Shown: piece after piece, positions 13,719 to 27,433 of the stretch
Layout: every line of letters starts with the position of its first letter
Position numbering within the stretch: the first letter of the stretch is position 1
NCBI RefSeq assembly: GCF_001194135.2
Contig: NC_068991.1
Coordinates: 40,969,278 to 41,033,277, forward strand
Direction: 5' to 3'
DNA from: Octopus bimaculoides
Taxonomy: Eukaryota
DNA: 64,000 nt
Translations under genes and position numbers: made by a program
The notes under the pieces: generated by a model
Databases searched by the model: none
What the model was told of the DNA's origin: nothing
The model's input: the letters and a program-made list of their open reading frames with translations, nothing else

Positions 13719-15297
13719 TAAGCTAACAATTGATTCTACATTTCATTGATTTTTTTTCATGTGTCTTTGTTAATTGCTCTTTTATTCTCACTGCTTAAAA
13801 ACTTTACTGTGTAACATAACACCAAAACTACAAGCAGTTCTGTATTAAAGAATTATGGAATAAAAGGTTAAAAGATATTTTTTATTCTAATCTATTTACA
13901 TCATAAGTATTTCAAGAGGAAAAATAATTATTTTAGACTATAATTTGTGTTTTCCAATACTCTTTGCAGTAATTACTTACAGTCCTTTATGTTTTGGGTT
14001 AAAATCCCACTAAGGTCAACATTCCTCCACCCAGAGTTGATTAAAATAGAGCATAAATTGAGTCCTGAGGTTGATATAATTGACTATACCTCTCCTCTAA
14101 ATTTGAGAGTCTTTTGTAGCATCAATGAAATGGTTTCAACTGCAAACTGAAACTGGTCAGCAGACCACTACCAAGGACTTTTATTACTTTATGATAACCA
14201 CCAATTAATTTATTTAAATTTAGTTTTCTTCAAGATTATTTCTCTGCTGAATCCATGACCCTGTTATCATTTCCAACAAAAATTGTTTCTTTTGGGTGCA
14301 GTAATTCCTTTCAGAAGTACATAAAGATCCAAAACTCTCGTTTTTTACAACTCTATAAATACAAGGATTTTTGCTCATGTAAAAAGAAAATATATTTTTA
14401 TTTGACATACAATTTCTATTTTAAAATTAGCATTTAAAATTTTTTTTAGGTCTTATGAAATATTATTAATGTTAAGTTTTAAACTGTGAGAATACCAAAA
14501 TCTTTGTAAAGCAACTCAGTTTCAGATTTTATCTATTTTGTTAGGTAATGGATAGGATCTTAGACTTCATTTAGTTCCTCTGTTCTTTTCATTAATGAAG
14601 TTCTGTTCTCATTGTCTGAGTGCCATATTCGATTCATTCACTTTTTCACTGCAATATTTCTACAATTTTTACTACTTTGCATACAATTCTCTACAATTTC
14701 CCTAGAAAATATTTAAACTGATACATTTTTACTGCTTTACTCTAAGAAAAGAAGCTGTCATCAGCTCCTTTTTATATACTATATTTCTGTTTTCATTAAT
14801 ATTACTTTCATTAATTAAATTGTTTTATATCTTCTTTATTTGTTCCTTTATTTTTTCTCAGAAAGCTTCTATTTGTTATTTTATTTTTCAATAAAATATC
14901 TAGTATGGTTTTGATTAATTTCTTAACTACTCAGTGTTATATATTAGATAGAGAAAAGTGGTACTGCACTTTACTACATTTTTCAGTCTATCTAGTTTGG
15001 TGTCTAACACATGAATTCTAATCCTGCTGAATTGACTTTATCTTTTATCTCTGGGTTTGACTGAATAAATGCCACTAAATGTATTACTGCTGACTTAGCT
15101 GCTTCTCATATGAAATTGGAATTATGCTTACGAAAAGGATATCCTTAATATTGTACATAACATGATTGTTACTACTTACTGTTTAGCTTTAAAAACACCA
15201 GACAGTTATTCAAACTGGGATACAAAATGTAGCTGAAAATATCTTCCATTTCTTTTTTCAAATTTTAAATTGATTGGATGGTTTGATTTTTTTCTTA

Positions 15298-15660
15298 GGT
15301 GTAGGCATAGCTGTTTGGTTCAAAAGTTTGCTTCCCACCCATGTAGTTTCAGGTTCAGGTCCACTGCATGGCACCTTAAGCAAGTATCTTCTATAGCCCC
15401 AGACCAAAGCCTTGTGAGTGGATTTGGTATTAGTCAGAAACTGAAAGAAACCCATCATATATGCACGGGTATGTATCTCCTTGTCTTGACATCACATGAT
15501 AGATGCAAAACAAATGACTCCATCATACAAACAGTGTCTTTTGTTTCTGATCTCTGAAAACATGTCCGACTATGGGGAAATATTACCTTCCTTGCAAACC
15601 AACATATATTATTCCTCAATTTTTCATTAACACAAGATTGGAAATTTAACCTCTGAAAAA
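15298..15660 (+). mobile_element. SINE copy
   Basis: Same head as the 9500, 46745 and 50145 copies; body shared with 50145-50520. Confidence 0.7.
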
Positions 15661-18001
15661 TGAAGAAGCTACCTAGATTACCAATCATTTGTTGATTGAT
15701 AGATTGATTAATTAATTAATTATTTTTTAGTTTAGTATAGCTTCCAGTCTCCCTTACTGAAGTTTTCAAGTTTAAAGTTAATCATTTCTGCCTTAAGATA
15801 ATTCATGCTCAAATGATAACTTGAATTATATTAAAATTTTTGTAGTTTGCCTAGATTGAACTTATTAAAGTCTCTCAGGTCATAAAATTGAAAAGTATTA
15901 ATGGCTTTTTTTCTTAAGAAAAAAAAATATTAGTACATACTTATTCTCCCCACTGGGTTAAATGTAAAGTCAGTCCCAGCAGGGTTTTAGATCAGAAATA
16001 TGTACACCAAATGACTTTAATGACTAACCTAATTACTTGGCTGTTATTCAAAATAGCTGTTGATGTATGATTATTTCTTAAATTGGTATATAACCAGAAA
16101 CCGTAACAAGTTTTATGGTTTTCAAAGCAGTTAGATTCAATATATTCTAAGTTTTGTCAAATGAATAGAATATACTCCACATGGCAGGCTTAATGAGATT
16201 TGCTTTCACCAACTGCCTTTGAAGACAAGGTCCCTTTCATTGTGCATTATTTTTATATCTGAAAATTTCCATTTGTTGATTTTATTGAGGTTATCTTTCT
16301 TGCTGATAATTTTTTTAGATTTTTAAATGCCTCTAGAGGTAATTTTGTCTGCTGAATGCATGAATAATTTCAGTTATTCAAAGTTTTTCAACATATTATA
16401 TATCTGAGGGTCTATCTAATGTGTATTTAGCATGGTGTATAATCTTTCAACTTTATTGTTGATATTCATGATTGGTATCAGTACATTCCTTCTTTTGTTA
16501 TATAATTGGTTGCTTCTAAGTTTTACCAGTTGTGTAGAATACATTTTGCTGAGGAGGTGTAAATAAGGCTGAAACATGCCTGATGTTTTCACCTATTGAC
16601 TTCAACACTTTATCTGCATTGTCTTTAAGTTCCAAAAATTTCAATTAGTTGCTTTTATTTTAAGCACCCCAAGAAAAGTTTTGTCTATTGACTGAATGAA
16701 TAATCTCAGTTGACCAGTCTTTCAATTCACTATATTCTGTATTCTGATACCCTATCATATGTATATTTAGTATGCAGAACACTTTCTGAGGTAATTTCCC
16801 GGAACTGAATTGTTATAACTCAGAACATTTTTTTATAATGGTAACTGTAATTTGGGGATTCATATTTGGGGATTAAAAGTATTCATATATTTTGTAGGAC
16901 AAATTATTTTACATAGAACAATTATTTTTTTCATTGTTTAATATCTAGGTTATCATTTGCTGTTGTTTTACAGGGAAATCTGTGAACAACCAAACTAGAG
17001 CAAGCAGGATTATGTATTGTACAATGTTTTAAAACAATAGTAGTGGTAACTTACCCAACTTCTTAACTTTTCAGTCATTGTACTTTTTAGTTATATATGT
17101 GATAAACTTGTTCAGTGATCAGCCTTTCTAGTTGATCACCAAAATTGTATTAAATCTCCTACATTGAACTGAAAAACTGTGTTATTCTTTGTCTTACGGG
17201 AAAACACAAACAAAATAAATATTAAGTATTATGATTATTTACAAATAAAAAGTGACAGCATTACTTTTTACGGTTATTTTCAAGAATAATAAACCATTCT
17301 TTGTAAACTGTTCTTCAAATGTGCATGCAATTCCTCATATAGATGCCTATATAGAACAAAACTGATATTATTGCTATCATAGGGTATGTATCTGGATATG
17401 TCACCATATATTGGTTGAGGTTTCACATTTATAGCTGGCAGCTAAAATTTTAAAATTATCTCCTAAAGATGTAAGGCTAGCAATCTGTTCCTTAGTACTA
17501 TCTTCTTTCATAATGACAGGATTAGTGAAGACTTATATTTTATGTACTGATTTTTAGCTTAGATGAAAATTAATTAATCCAAGCATACAATATATAATAC
17601 TTTTCTAAAGCACACATATATATATATATATATATATANNNNNNNNNNNNNNNNNNNNNNNNNNNNNNNNNNNNNNNNNNNNNNNNNNNNNNNNNNNNNN
17701 NNNNNNNNNNNNNNNNNNNNNNNNNNNNNNNNNNNNNNNNNNNNNNNNNNNNNNNNNNNNNNNNNNNNNNNNNNNNNNNNNNNNNNNNNNNNNNNNNNNN
17801 NNNNNNNNNNNNNNNNNNNNNNNNNNNNNNNNNNNNNNNNNNNNNNNNNNNNNNNNNNNNNNNNNNNNNNNNNNNNNNNNNNNNNNNNNNNNNNNNNNNN
17901 NNNNNNNNNNNNNNNNNNNNNNNNNNNNNNNNNNNNNNNNNNNNNNNNNNNNNNNNNNNNNNNNNNNNNNNNNNNNNNNNNNNNNNNNNNNNNNNNNNNN
18001 N

Positions 18002-18224
18002 TTTGGAGAGTCATTCTCTTTTGGAGAGTCATTCTCTTATAATTTAACATACTCACCAGTAAAATTTCCACTTATTTCTTTATTTTTCTAAAATTTTCAT
18101 TGCATCTTGCAACCTTTTCAATAGTTTTTCAAAACTGCTGAAAAGGAAATAAGTAGAAATTTTACTGGTGGGTGTGTTAAATTATAAGGCACCAAAAGAG
18201 AATGACTCTCCCCAGACACAACAG
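18002..18224. mobile_element. Palindromic MITE, left end lost in the gap, TA-flanked on the right
   Basis: Left gagagtcattctc...ataatttaacatactcaccagtaaaatttccacttatttc is the reverse complement of right gaaataagtagaaattttactggtgggtgtgttaaattata...gagaatgactctc. Confidence 0.8.
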
Positions 18225-20490
18225 TATATATATATATATATAAACTAATTGATTATTTTTATGCAATAGTCATTTTTTTAATGTCTTACATGTTTATCAA
18301 GTAAAGGGTTGGTTTTATAATCTATAAAGGCTTGCTTGGAACAGAAGGATAAAAATAGAAATTAAAATGCATTGATGCTTAAGTCTAAATCACTGATTTT
18401 GTATAGCACTATATTGATTTGACTCCTTAAATTTACAAATCAAGTTCAGTTAGAAGTACCTAGTTAATACTTAAACACTGGAAAATAACTAATTCTAAGT
18501 TTCTTTTTATATATCTTATGTTCATATTTTAACTATTTAGCAATAGAACATACAGTTACAATAATTATAAATATAATTTTGGTTGATGATAACATTTGTT
18601 AATTTAGCATGGCTGATGAAAACAGAATTGAAATATTAAGAAATGCAAGTTTGTTCACAAATTGAGATTGAATCTTTATTCTGTGGTTTGTAAATATTTT
18701 ACTTTTATACCAAGATATAAACCTGAAGCAAATATATATGTTACTTTTATTTAGTTGATATTTTAGTTGAATTAAAAGATCTAAAAATCCAAACTGCAGA
18801 ATAAATTTGGTAGACAACTCACAGGACATTTGGTTGATAATCGTAGGAAGTAAAATATCTTACCTGTGGATGTAAATGAATGGTTTCCTATGTGAAGAGC
18901 TTAATGGAAGACAGCTTCTTTATATTTGTTGAAAGAGATATATCTTAGTTTATGCTTATGTCAAGTTTCACATCTATTATGTATTTATTTTACTACTTGT
19001 TAGCTACTCATACATAATAAAGGGACAGATTGCAATAATAGTTCTATCATTATTATGTACCAAGTCTACAATTTAGTCACTGAATCAATGTCTTACTAAA
19101 GACTGACTAGCTTTTAAACTGTAATACAAAATAGAGTGCTATAACTCTTGTATTTAACAATTACAGTTTTGTTTCCTGTATTAAACTTCTGCCACATGTA
19201 GATTGATGAGATATTGCATCTCTTTGTGTAATTGCTTTTTCTTCAGAACCACATATGTGAGATACATGTTTTGAAGCTCTAAATCATGTCATTGATGCAG
19301 TAAGTCTTATATTAAGGCAGTAACCCAAAGTGATTTGATCATATGATTGTGAAACTGTGTTAATTTCTTCAGGTAAAACTAATTCAGGTGGGTTATTCCC
19401 TGTTGAACTTAAGCAGGTAAGTGATGCAGTGTAAATGGAAATGGCAGTAATAGTTACTGACAAGAGAAAAAGGTAGAGAAACATGCCTCTTGATATATTT
19501 TCTGTTTCTTTTGCCTTTTTATCTTTTCTAATCTGTCCATTGCTATCGTTTTCATTACAAAATCACTGTCTGGTTCCACTTGATACATGATTTATATTAT
19601 ATTCAGTGTCTCTGTTGAACTGACAAAAAGACACACATTTGAACGTTATTTATTCATTAGAAAAGTAAAAAAATTTATAGTTGTACTCCAAAAATACTTC
19701 TGTATTTTCTCTACGGTTGTCTTATTCTAATTTGAATGCCATAAATATATCTAAATTTTGGTAAATCTTATATATTAAAAAAAATAATTTAATACTTTCC
19801 AGCAAAGTCTTCTCTTATATTAAAAATAAAACTGTGTTGGTGTACAATATTTTGAGCCTGTCAAGTTTAATGTTCAGTGTTTTCTTATTAATAGAAACAG
19901 AAACAAATTGAAACAAAATATAGTTTACTTCCAATCTATTTCCTTTAAGATATGATTACTATTTGTTCCAAGATTATATAATTTCCTATTTCCATCTGTT
20001 ATTTTGAGAGTTTCCTCCTCTCTTTAACTGGTGTATATATTCACAAACAATGCACATTACAAGCAAAGCTGGAGAGCAGAGAGGAAAAGGATAACTTTTA
20101 CATAGATTGGATTCCTGTAAATTGTGCATACTCATTCATATATCTAGATCAATTAAATAAGAAATTATGATAAATAAATGGAAAAAAATCTATTGAGTTT
20201 TTGGCTCATTAGTGTTATTAGACTTAACACTGCAATATGCTGTATACTCTAACACACACACACACACACACACACACTCTCTCTCTCTCTCTCTCTCTTT
20301 CTTTATTGCTAATATGATAGTTCCTGTTTTTCTCAAATAGAAAGCTGTGTACCTCTTCTGTTCAAACCCACTTGACACACCAACCTCTCAGCATTCTTAC
20401 TGCTCCACAGCCCCACAAAATTATACTTAATATCCTCTGGACCCTCCACGCCAACCTTTCTTTCCTTGAAGGCATCAACCTACATCCTTA

Positions 20491-21299
20491 GGCATAACTA
20501 CAGAGTTGTACCCCGCCCCCGACTTTGGAAGGTCATAACTTTCAGAAAAATGAATATTTTTTAATGAAATTTTCTNNNNNNNNNNNNNNNNNNNNNNNNN
20601 NNNNNNNNNNNNNNNNNNNNNNNNNNNNNNNNNNNNNNNNNNNNNNNNNNNNNNNNNNNNNNNNNNNNNNNNNNNNNNNNNNNNNNNNNNNNNNNNNNNN
20701 NNNNNNNNNNNNNNNNNNNNNNNNNNNNNNNNNNNNNNNNNNNNNNNNNNNNNNNNNNNNNNNNNNNNNNNNNNNNNNNNNNNNNNNNNNNNNNNNNNNN
20801 NNNNNNNNNNNNNNNNNNNNNNNNNNNNNNNNNNNNNNNNNNNNNNNNNNNNNNNNNNNNNNNNNNNNNNNNNNNNNNNNNNNNNNNNNNNNNNNNNNNN
20901 NNNNNNNNNNNNNNNNNNNNNGCCGTCATAAGAAAACTTACGTTAAAAATAACATGCACACGATTTTTTTTCTCAATAGAAGTAAATTCCAAAGTGAACG
21001 TTTCTAGTAGAGAAGTAGAAGAGAACAGAAGCAGCGTATTACTTCATTACAAATCTACGGATGCACATACGCACATAATAGAGAAAAATGAAACAATTGT
21101 GGACGACTTGCTCCGAAACACCACCGAGTGGGGAACACTTCTCAAAAATAACCTGCAGTTGTTTCCTTCAAAATTCCTACATGCTCGAAATGTACATGCA
21201 TCAAGGTATATTTGTAGAAAATTTCACGAAAAAAATATTCATTTTTCTGAAAGTTATGACCTTCCAAAAATCGGGTGGGTACAACTCTGTAGTTATGCC
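20491..21299. mobile_element. Non-autonomous TIR DNA transposon with 8-bp TSD
   Basis: Ends GGCATAACTACAGAGTTGTACCC / GGGTACAACTCTGTAGTTATGCC are perfect reverse complements; imperfect TIR runs at least to the gap (about 85 bp). Flanked by CATCCTTA at 20483-20490 and 21300-21307. Confidence 0.92.
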
Positions 21300-22083
21300 C
21301 ATCCTTAAAGTTATCAACCTACAGAATTTCTGTCTAAACATCAACTGCACTAACCTCAGTTCTTTGGAAAAACCTATGGTAAAAAAAAGCATTGAACTTC
21401 AACACTTTAAGCACTGTTAACTATGAAGACTCTCAGAAATACCTAATTTAATGTAACTACATAGCATTTAGTTTCACTGATGTACAACTTTTTGAGTAAC
21501 TAAAACATGAAATTGGAATAATTGGATTCAAATTAAGTTCCATAATTAAATCCTGTATTTACTTATTTATGGCATTCTAATATACTTATTAATTATCATT
21601 ACTACAATAGAATTAGGTCATTAATTTTTTTAAAAGGAATTCACTAGAGTTGCTTTGCAAGGATTTTCACTAAGGCACAATATTTTGAATATTTTGTTTA
21701 TATTGTTTATCTATTAACTATTGATTTGCTCTCTTCAGATATTGTGTGTCATATTTCATTCTTAGATCTGTGAAGTTTTTTATTGACAATCTGACTTAAT
21801 ATATTTCAATTATTTGTCAGGATAGCTAGCCTGTATTATTGTCTTTTTACTTGTTATCTGAATGCACTCCACTCCAAACTTACTGATTGTATTGCAAAAA
21901 TATTATTTAATAAATCATCCCAACAAAGTACATTGTGTGTGTAAATATGTTTTCATTAAATATTTAATAAACGCTTATTATATTTTATAAACAAAAACTA
22001 TAAGTGTTTAAAGAATATTTATCTAAATGTTTCTAGTACCTCTTGATGCTATTTTAGTCAGTACATACTCAAAATTTTTTCTA

Positions 22084-22085
<2 letters not shown>

Positions 22086-22158
<73 letters not shown>
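22086..22158. repeat. (CA)n microsatellite
   Basis: Uninterrupted AC run. Confidence 0.95.
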
Positions 22159-22162
<4 letters not shown>

Positions 22163-23265
22163 TCCCCCTCTCTCTCTTACTTTTCATTATAACAAGTTAG
22201 GACTGAATTCAGAGACTGATTGAACTTACAAATGAGTTTACTGATAGGTTTTCATTAGTACTACTATATCAAATGATTTCTATGATGTTTTGTTGGCTTC
22301 CATAGTGGATATATGCCTGTAATAGAAACCATTATCCACAGTGCCAGATTTCCATTTTTGTTCTATACACATTATGTTATACACAACTTGGTTGTTATTT
22401 CACCAATCAGAGTTATCTAATATTTTTCAGTTTTTATTATCAGAAGAAATACTGTTTAATATTTGAAAATCATTCTACAAATACATAAGTTGTTGTAGAT
22501 ACAATTCTTCTGTTCATCCATTTTTCTCAGATTTTACACAGGTGAAATTAGTCTTAAAATCTGTTCTGATATTGGTTTCAAATTTTGGCACAAGGCCAGC
22601 AAAAAAATTTGTTCTAATATTGAAAACAAAAATCCAAATCATTGACTATTGGACTATGCCTAAATTTTGAATCTTACCATGATGCCATGACCTGAAGAAA
22701 TTCTATAAATGTTCATGATTTCTTCATGGTCAAAGCTATAATTTGTTTTGGAATTAAATTCCATAAAATAAGAAATATATTTCTATATTTTTTTAAATCT
22801 CAATTTTTACTTTCCATAAGGCTCTCAGATCAACTCATAGACAAATTATGATGTAATAATTTGAGAAAACTTGGGATAGTGATTGAAAAAAAACATCACT
22901 TTCCTTTTCCTATCTTGGTAGAATTAAGTAAAAGATTATTAACAGATACGGCACTTTGTTCATTATATTTTAATTAACTTCAGTGTAAGTAGTGACATGA
23001 AAATGTAACTTAATAAGGATAAGATTTCGAAAACAGCTCATTTAGTATCCACTTTGGAAATTAAGGAAAATGATGTAAGAATAACATAAAATGAAAGTCT
23101 GAAAATGATATTCAACTCATAAAAGAATGACATAATATTTCTTAATGTTTATTTTTATTCTGGCTTCTTATTAATTATGTCAAACAGTGAGAACCAAGTT
23201 AGCTAAACTTGAAACTGAGCCAGAATGTTTTAAAATATGAAATTTGAAAATTGACAACCAAGGTC

Positions 23266-23637
23266 CTTGCCAGTAGCATGTAAAAAGCACCATTTGAGCG
23301 TGATCGTTACCAGCATCACCTTACTGGCACATGAACAAAACATTCAAGCAAGGTCGTTGCTAGTGCCGCTGGACTGACTCCTGTGCAGGTGGCACGTAAA
23401 AAACACCATTTGAGCGTGGCCATTGCTAGTACTGCCTGACTGCCCCTCATGCCGGTGGCATGTAAAAGCACCCACTACACTCTCAGAGTGGTTGGCGTTA
23501 GGAAGGGCATCCAGCTGTAGAAACTCTGCCAGATCAGATTGGAGCCTGGTGCAGCCATCTGGTTCGCCAGACCTCAGTCAAATCGTCCAACCCATGCCAG
23601 TATGGAAAGCGGACGTTAAACGATGATGATGATGATG
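23266..23637 (+). mobile_element. 5'-truncated RTE 3'-end copy with (GAT)n tail and 6-bp TSD
   Basis: Homologous to 400-787; AAGGTC at 23260-23265 and 23638-23643. Confidence 0.8.
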
Positions 23638-24022
23638 AAGGTCTTTACTTCACTAGAGTGAAGTAAAGACCTTGTTTGTTTGTTTTTCCAAGTCTTCACT
23701 TTATTAACTTATTCTTGTTATTTAAAAAAACTAATTAGAAAGCAAAAGACATTTTGTCTTTAACTATACATAATGTGTAAATCATTTCTTAGAATATTAA
23801 TTATTGAACCTGAACAAGAAACCTAGAATAAATCCAAAATAAAGTGCTATTTTAACTGACCATAAATCATTCATGGGAATAGTTAGACCATATTAGTTTA
23901 TATATCCAGGTATTTCAGCTTATATAGTTGATCCAGGTATTTCAGCTTATATAGTTGATCTTATAGGAATCATTTGTTAAATGAATTAGTCCAAGACCTG
24001 TATTATTTAAACTTACACACAC

Positions 24023-24068
<46 letters not shown>

Positions 24069-24694
24069 GAAAGCACTAATTTGGAATAGATAAAAACATA
24101 ACAACATCCCCTCTGACAGGACTTATCCATCTTTTGCTTGCTAGGCTACTGCATTACCAATTACAGTACAGAGATTGCTATTAGATGCAAGGGATAATGA
24201 TTAAAATCCTGTTGAAGGGCCTATTGTTCATTTTTTTTTTGTTACATATTAGTATTATTAAATCTAAAATTAAAATTTTAACTGTTAATATACACACATT
24301 ACATACATATATATGAAAGAATGGATTTAGGAACAAAAAACATGGAGGAAAATTGGATTGTTCAAATAATCCAAATTTCATTGGTCAGTTAATAAGTTAT
24401 GGGACTGGCTGGCAGGTGGTAGGATAATTGTAAAAATGGTTACTTTACTTGTCACCCTACTACCCATCAACAGCATGCCAAACCCACATTGCCATACACT
24501 TTATGACCTGACCAAGCCAATCAATGAAATTCGAATGATTCAGACAATTCACTATGCTCCAGTATTACAAACAAATTCTAATAACACTAACCAACTTCCA
24601 AGTATTTTTCTCCTATTTAGGCATCTAAACTACATATATAATTAGTCAGAAAACAGAGCACCTCTAAAAGAGTGATTAAGTGGTTATACTTTTA

Positions 24695-25651
24695 TATTGT
24701 TGAGTAGTATATTCCTGGTTATGGTATATTTCTGGTTAGAATGTTACTGATAGCACTTGGTAATATTGACTACTCTTCAGATATGCTATCCAGAAGTGCA
24801 TAGCCTCTTTTATGTAGGAGGTAAACATAGTCCTGGCTTGCTTGGTAATAATAAAAATCTAAACAAAATGAAGTGATGAAAAGTTATAACATTTTCCAAG
24901 AAGGAAAGAAGAATTGCCTCCTATGGAACATTGTCAGTTGTGTGTGTATGTGTACAAGTTTTCCATTCTCTTGGCTGAAAAAGGAACAACCATGTTGCCA
25001 AAATGAACCTTCTATTACAAGGACAATAACAAAATATTTCACTTTTTTTAGTTCAGGAAGGCACCTGGATTGTATAAATTTTTTTAAATGATTCTTCTCT
25101 TGGCCAAGCAAACATTGCAAAATCCACATGGCCAATGCTGCCCCAGCTCTTTCTTGTTGATTTTGCATGATGTTCTTTCTTCTTTCAATTGCTTTATATA
25201 ACTAGCTAATATTGTAATATCGTGTCTCCCTTAGATTCTAAAAGAGTGATTATTTATCTTGGCCTCATGATAGGAAATAAATTCCTTTTGGCAGTGTGGT
25301 AGTCCCCTCCCTGCCTTTTTTTGGGGTTGTGGGGGGACTAAAGAACAGAAAATATGTACACATGCAAAGCTGATGCCCTTCAGCCACAACTAACAGCAAC
25401 CCATGGGATGCAACTCATCTTTTTCTTCCTGGAAAATGTTATAATTTATCATTTTTGCTTTTGTTCTGCTTTTTATCATCATCAAGCCAACAAGGATTGT
25501 ATATTTACCCACTGTATAAAAGAGGTTATGCCCTTTCAGCTATTATGTCCGAAGAGTTGTCAATATTGCCAAGTGCAATGGTTAGTGTGAAATAATTGGT
25601 AATATTCTGAGTGGTTATATGTTGTAACCAGGAATATACTGCTTGACAATA
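24695..25651. mobile_element. Fold-back element with roughly 280-300 bp diverged inverted arms
   Basis: Left tattgttgagtagtatattcctggtta...gcacttggtaatattgactactcttc...ttataacattttcca matches the reverse complement of 25345-25651. Confidence 0.8.
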
Positions 25652-25676
25652 CATATACACACACACATACACACAC

Positions 25677-25724
<48 letters not shown>

Positions 25725-26181
25725 TTTCATTCTCCATCCCAAATATTCCTGTTTAAAAATATATTAATTTATAAGATTTATTTAAAATGATCACCAAACG
25801 TAAATGGAAAGCATTCAGATAACATCAAGTAATTATATTTTTACTGAATGACCTTTGTTGTAACAAACGTACACAACACATTGTACTATATATATATATA
25901 TGTATTTGTATGTATGTCATATTTTTTGCAGTCACCAACCATGTTTGATTTATTTCATTGGTTTGGCTGCTAATTCTCATATCTGATTCATAAATATTGT
26001 TCTTGTGTATTTTTTCTGTTAATTTATCTCTCTTTCTCCCTTTCTGTCTTTTCTTTCTTTTCCTCTCTTTCTATATCTCTCTCTTGTTTTAACAACCACT
26101 AACCTTTTACTTACCAGTTATGAAGGGTCCCTCATAAATGTAACTATTAGAACACAAGACTAGATATGATTTTGATTTCAG

Positions 26182-26227
26182 ATTTGGACATGGCTGTTTC
26201 ATGCACTGTTTGGAGTGTTTGTATCAG
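26182..26227 (+). CDS. HDHD5: HDHD5 46-nt exon
   Basis: ttgatttcag| ... |gtagga; phase 2-0. (R)FGHGCFMHCLECLYQ carries the family RFGHG motif and bridges the flanking exons in frame. Confidence 0.92.
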
Positions 26228-26329
26228 GTAGGATTTCTTCTAGTACCACAGCTAGCTACCTACTACTACTAATACTACCACTAAAGTTACTCTTACAACT
26301 CTTATTTTGTAATGTTACCACACAATGTA

Positions 26330-26348
26330 TATATGTGTATATATCATA

Positions 26349-26396
<48 letters not shown>

Positions 26397-26420
26397 NNNN
26401 NNNNNNGTGTATATATCATA

Positions 26421-26456
<36 letters not shown>

Positions 26457-26787
26457 CCTATATATTGTCTCTATGTATGTATATATGTGTGTATGTATAT
26501 AAGTTTGTACTATGCATGTGTATCTATATCTATATAAATAAGTATATATATATATTCATATATAAACGTAAATATACATGTATGTATAATATATGTGTGT
26601 ATGTGTGTGTATATGTGTGTATATATATGTGTATGTGTGTATATATGTATATGTATGTATATGTGTATATATATGAATATATATATATGTATATGTATGT
26701 ATATGTGTATACCTATATGTATATATATATATGTATATATATATATATGTATATGTATATATATATATTTGTATATGTATATATATG

Positions 26788-26822
<35 letters not shown>

Positions 26823-27227
26823 GTATATATATGTAAATATATATATGTATATGNNNNNNNNNNNNNNNNNNNNNNNNNNNNNNNNNNNNNNNNNNNNNNN
26901 NNNNNNNNNNNNNNNNNNNNNNNNNNNNNNNNNNNNNNNNNNNNNNNNNNNNNNNNNNNNNNNNNNNNNNNNNNNNNNNNNNNNNNNNNNNNNNNNNNNN
27001 NNNNNNNNNNNNNNNNNNNNNNNNNNNNNNNNNNNNNNNNNNNNNNNNNNNNNNNNNNNNNNNNNNNNNNNNNNNNNNNNNNNNNNNNNNNNNNNNNNNN
27101 NNNNNNNNNNNNNNNNNNNNNNNNNNNNNNNNNNNNNNNNNNNNNTATATATATATGTATATATATATATGTATATATATATATGTATATATATATATGT
27201 ATATATATATGTATGTATATATATATG

Positions 27228-27258
<31 letters not shown>

Positions 27259-27289
27259 GTATATATGTATATATATATATGTATATATG

Positions 27290-27340
<51 letters not shown>

Positions 27341-27430
27341 GTATATATATGTAAATATATATATGTATATGTATATATATATGTGTGTATATGTATATAA
27401 ATATGTGTATGTATATATATATATATGTAC
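26330..27430. repeat. Long compound (TA)n/(TATATG)n microsatellite with gaps
   Basis: Directly visible; source of the YI/YM-rich ORFs. Confidence 0.95.
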
Positions 27431-27433
27431 ACA

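Noticed and set aside
20994-21420. ORFs inside the MITE as a possible transposase
   Set aside because: No DDE or DNA-binding motif recognisable, and they run through the TIR. Part of the element is hidden by the gap.
26330-26460. Direct duplication on both sides of a 10-N gap; also the 18-bp repeat at 18002-18037 beside a gap
   Set aside because: Typical unmerged contig-end overlap, likely an assembly artefact.
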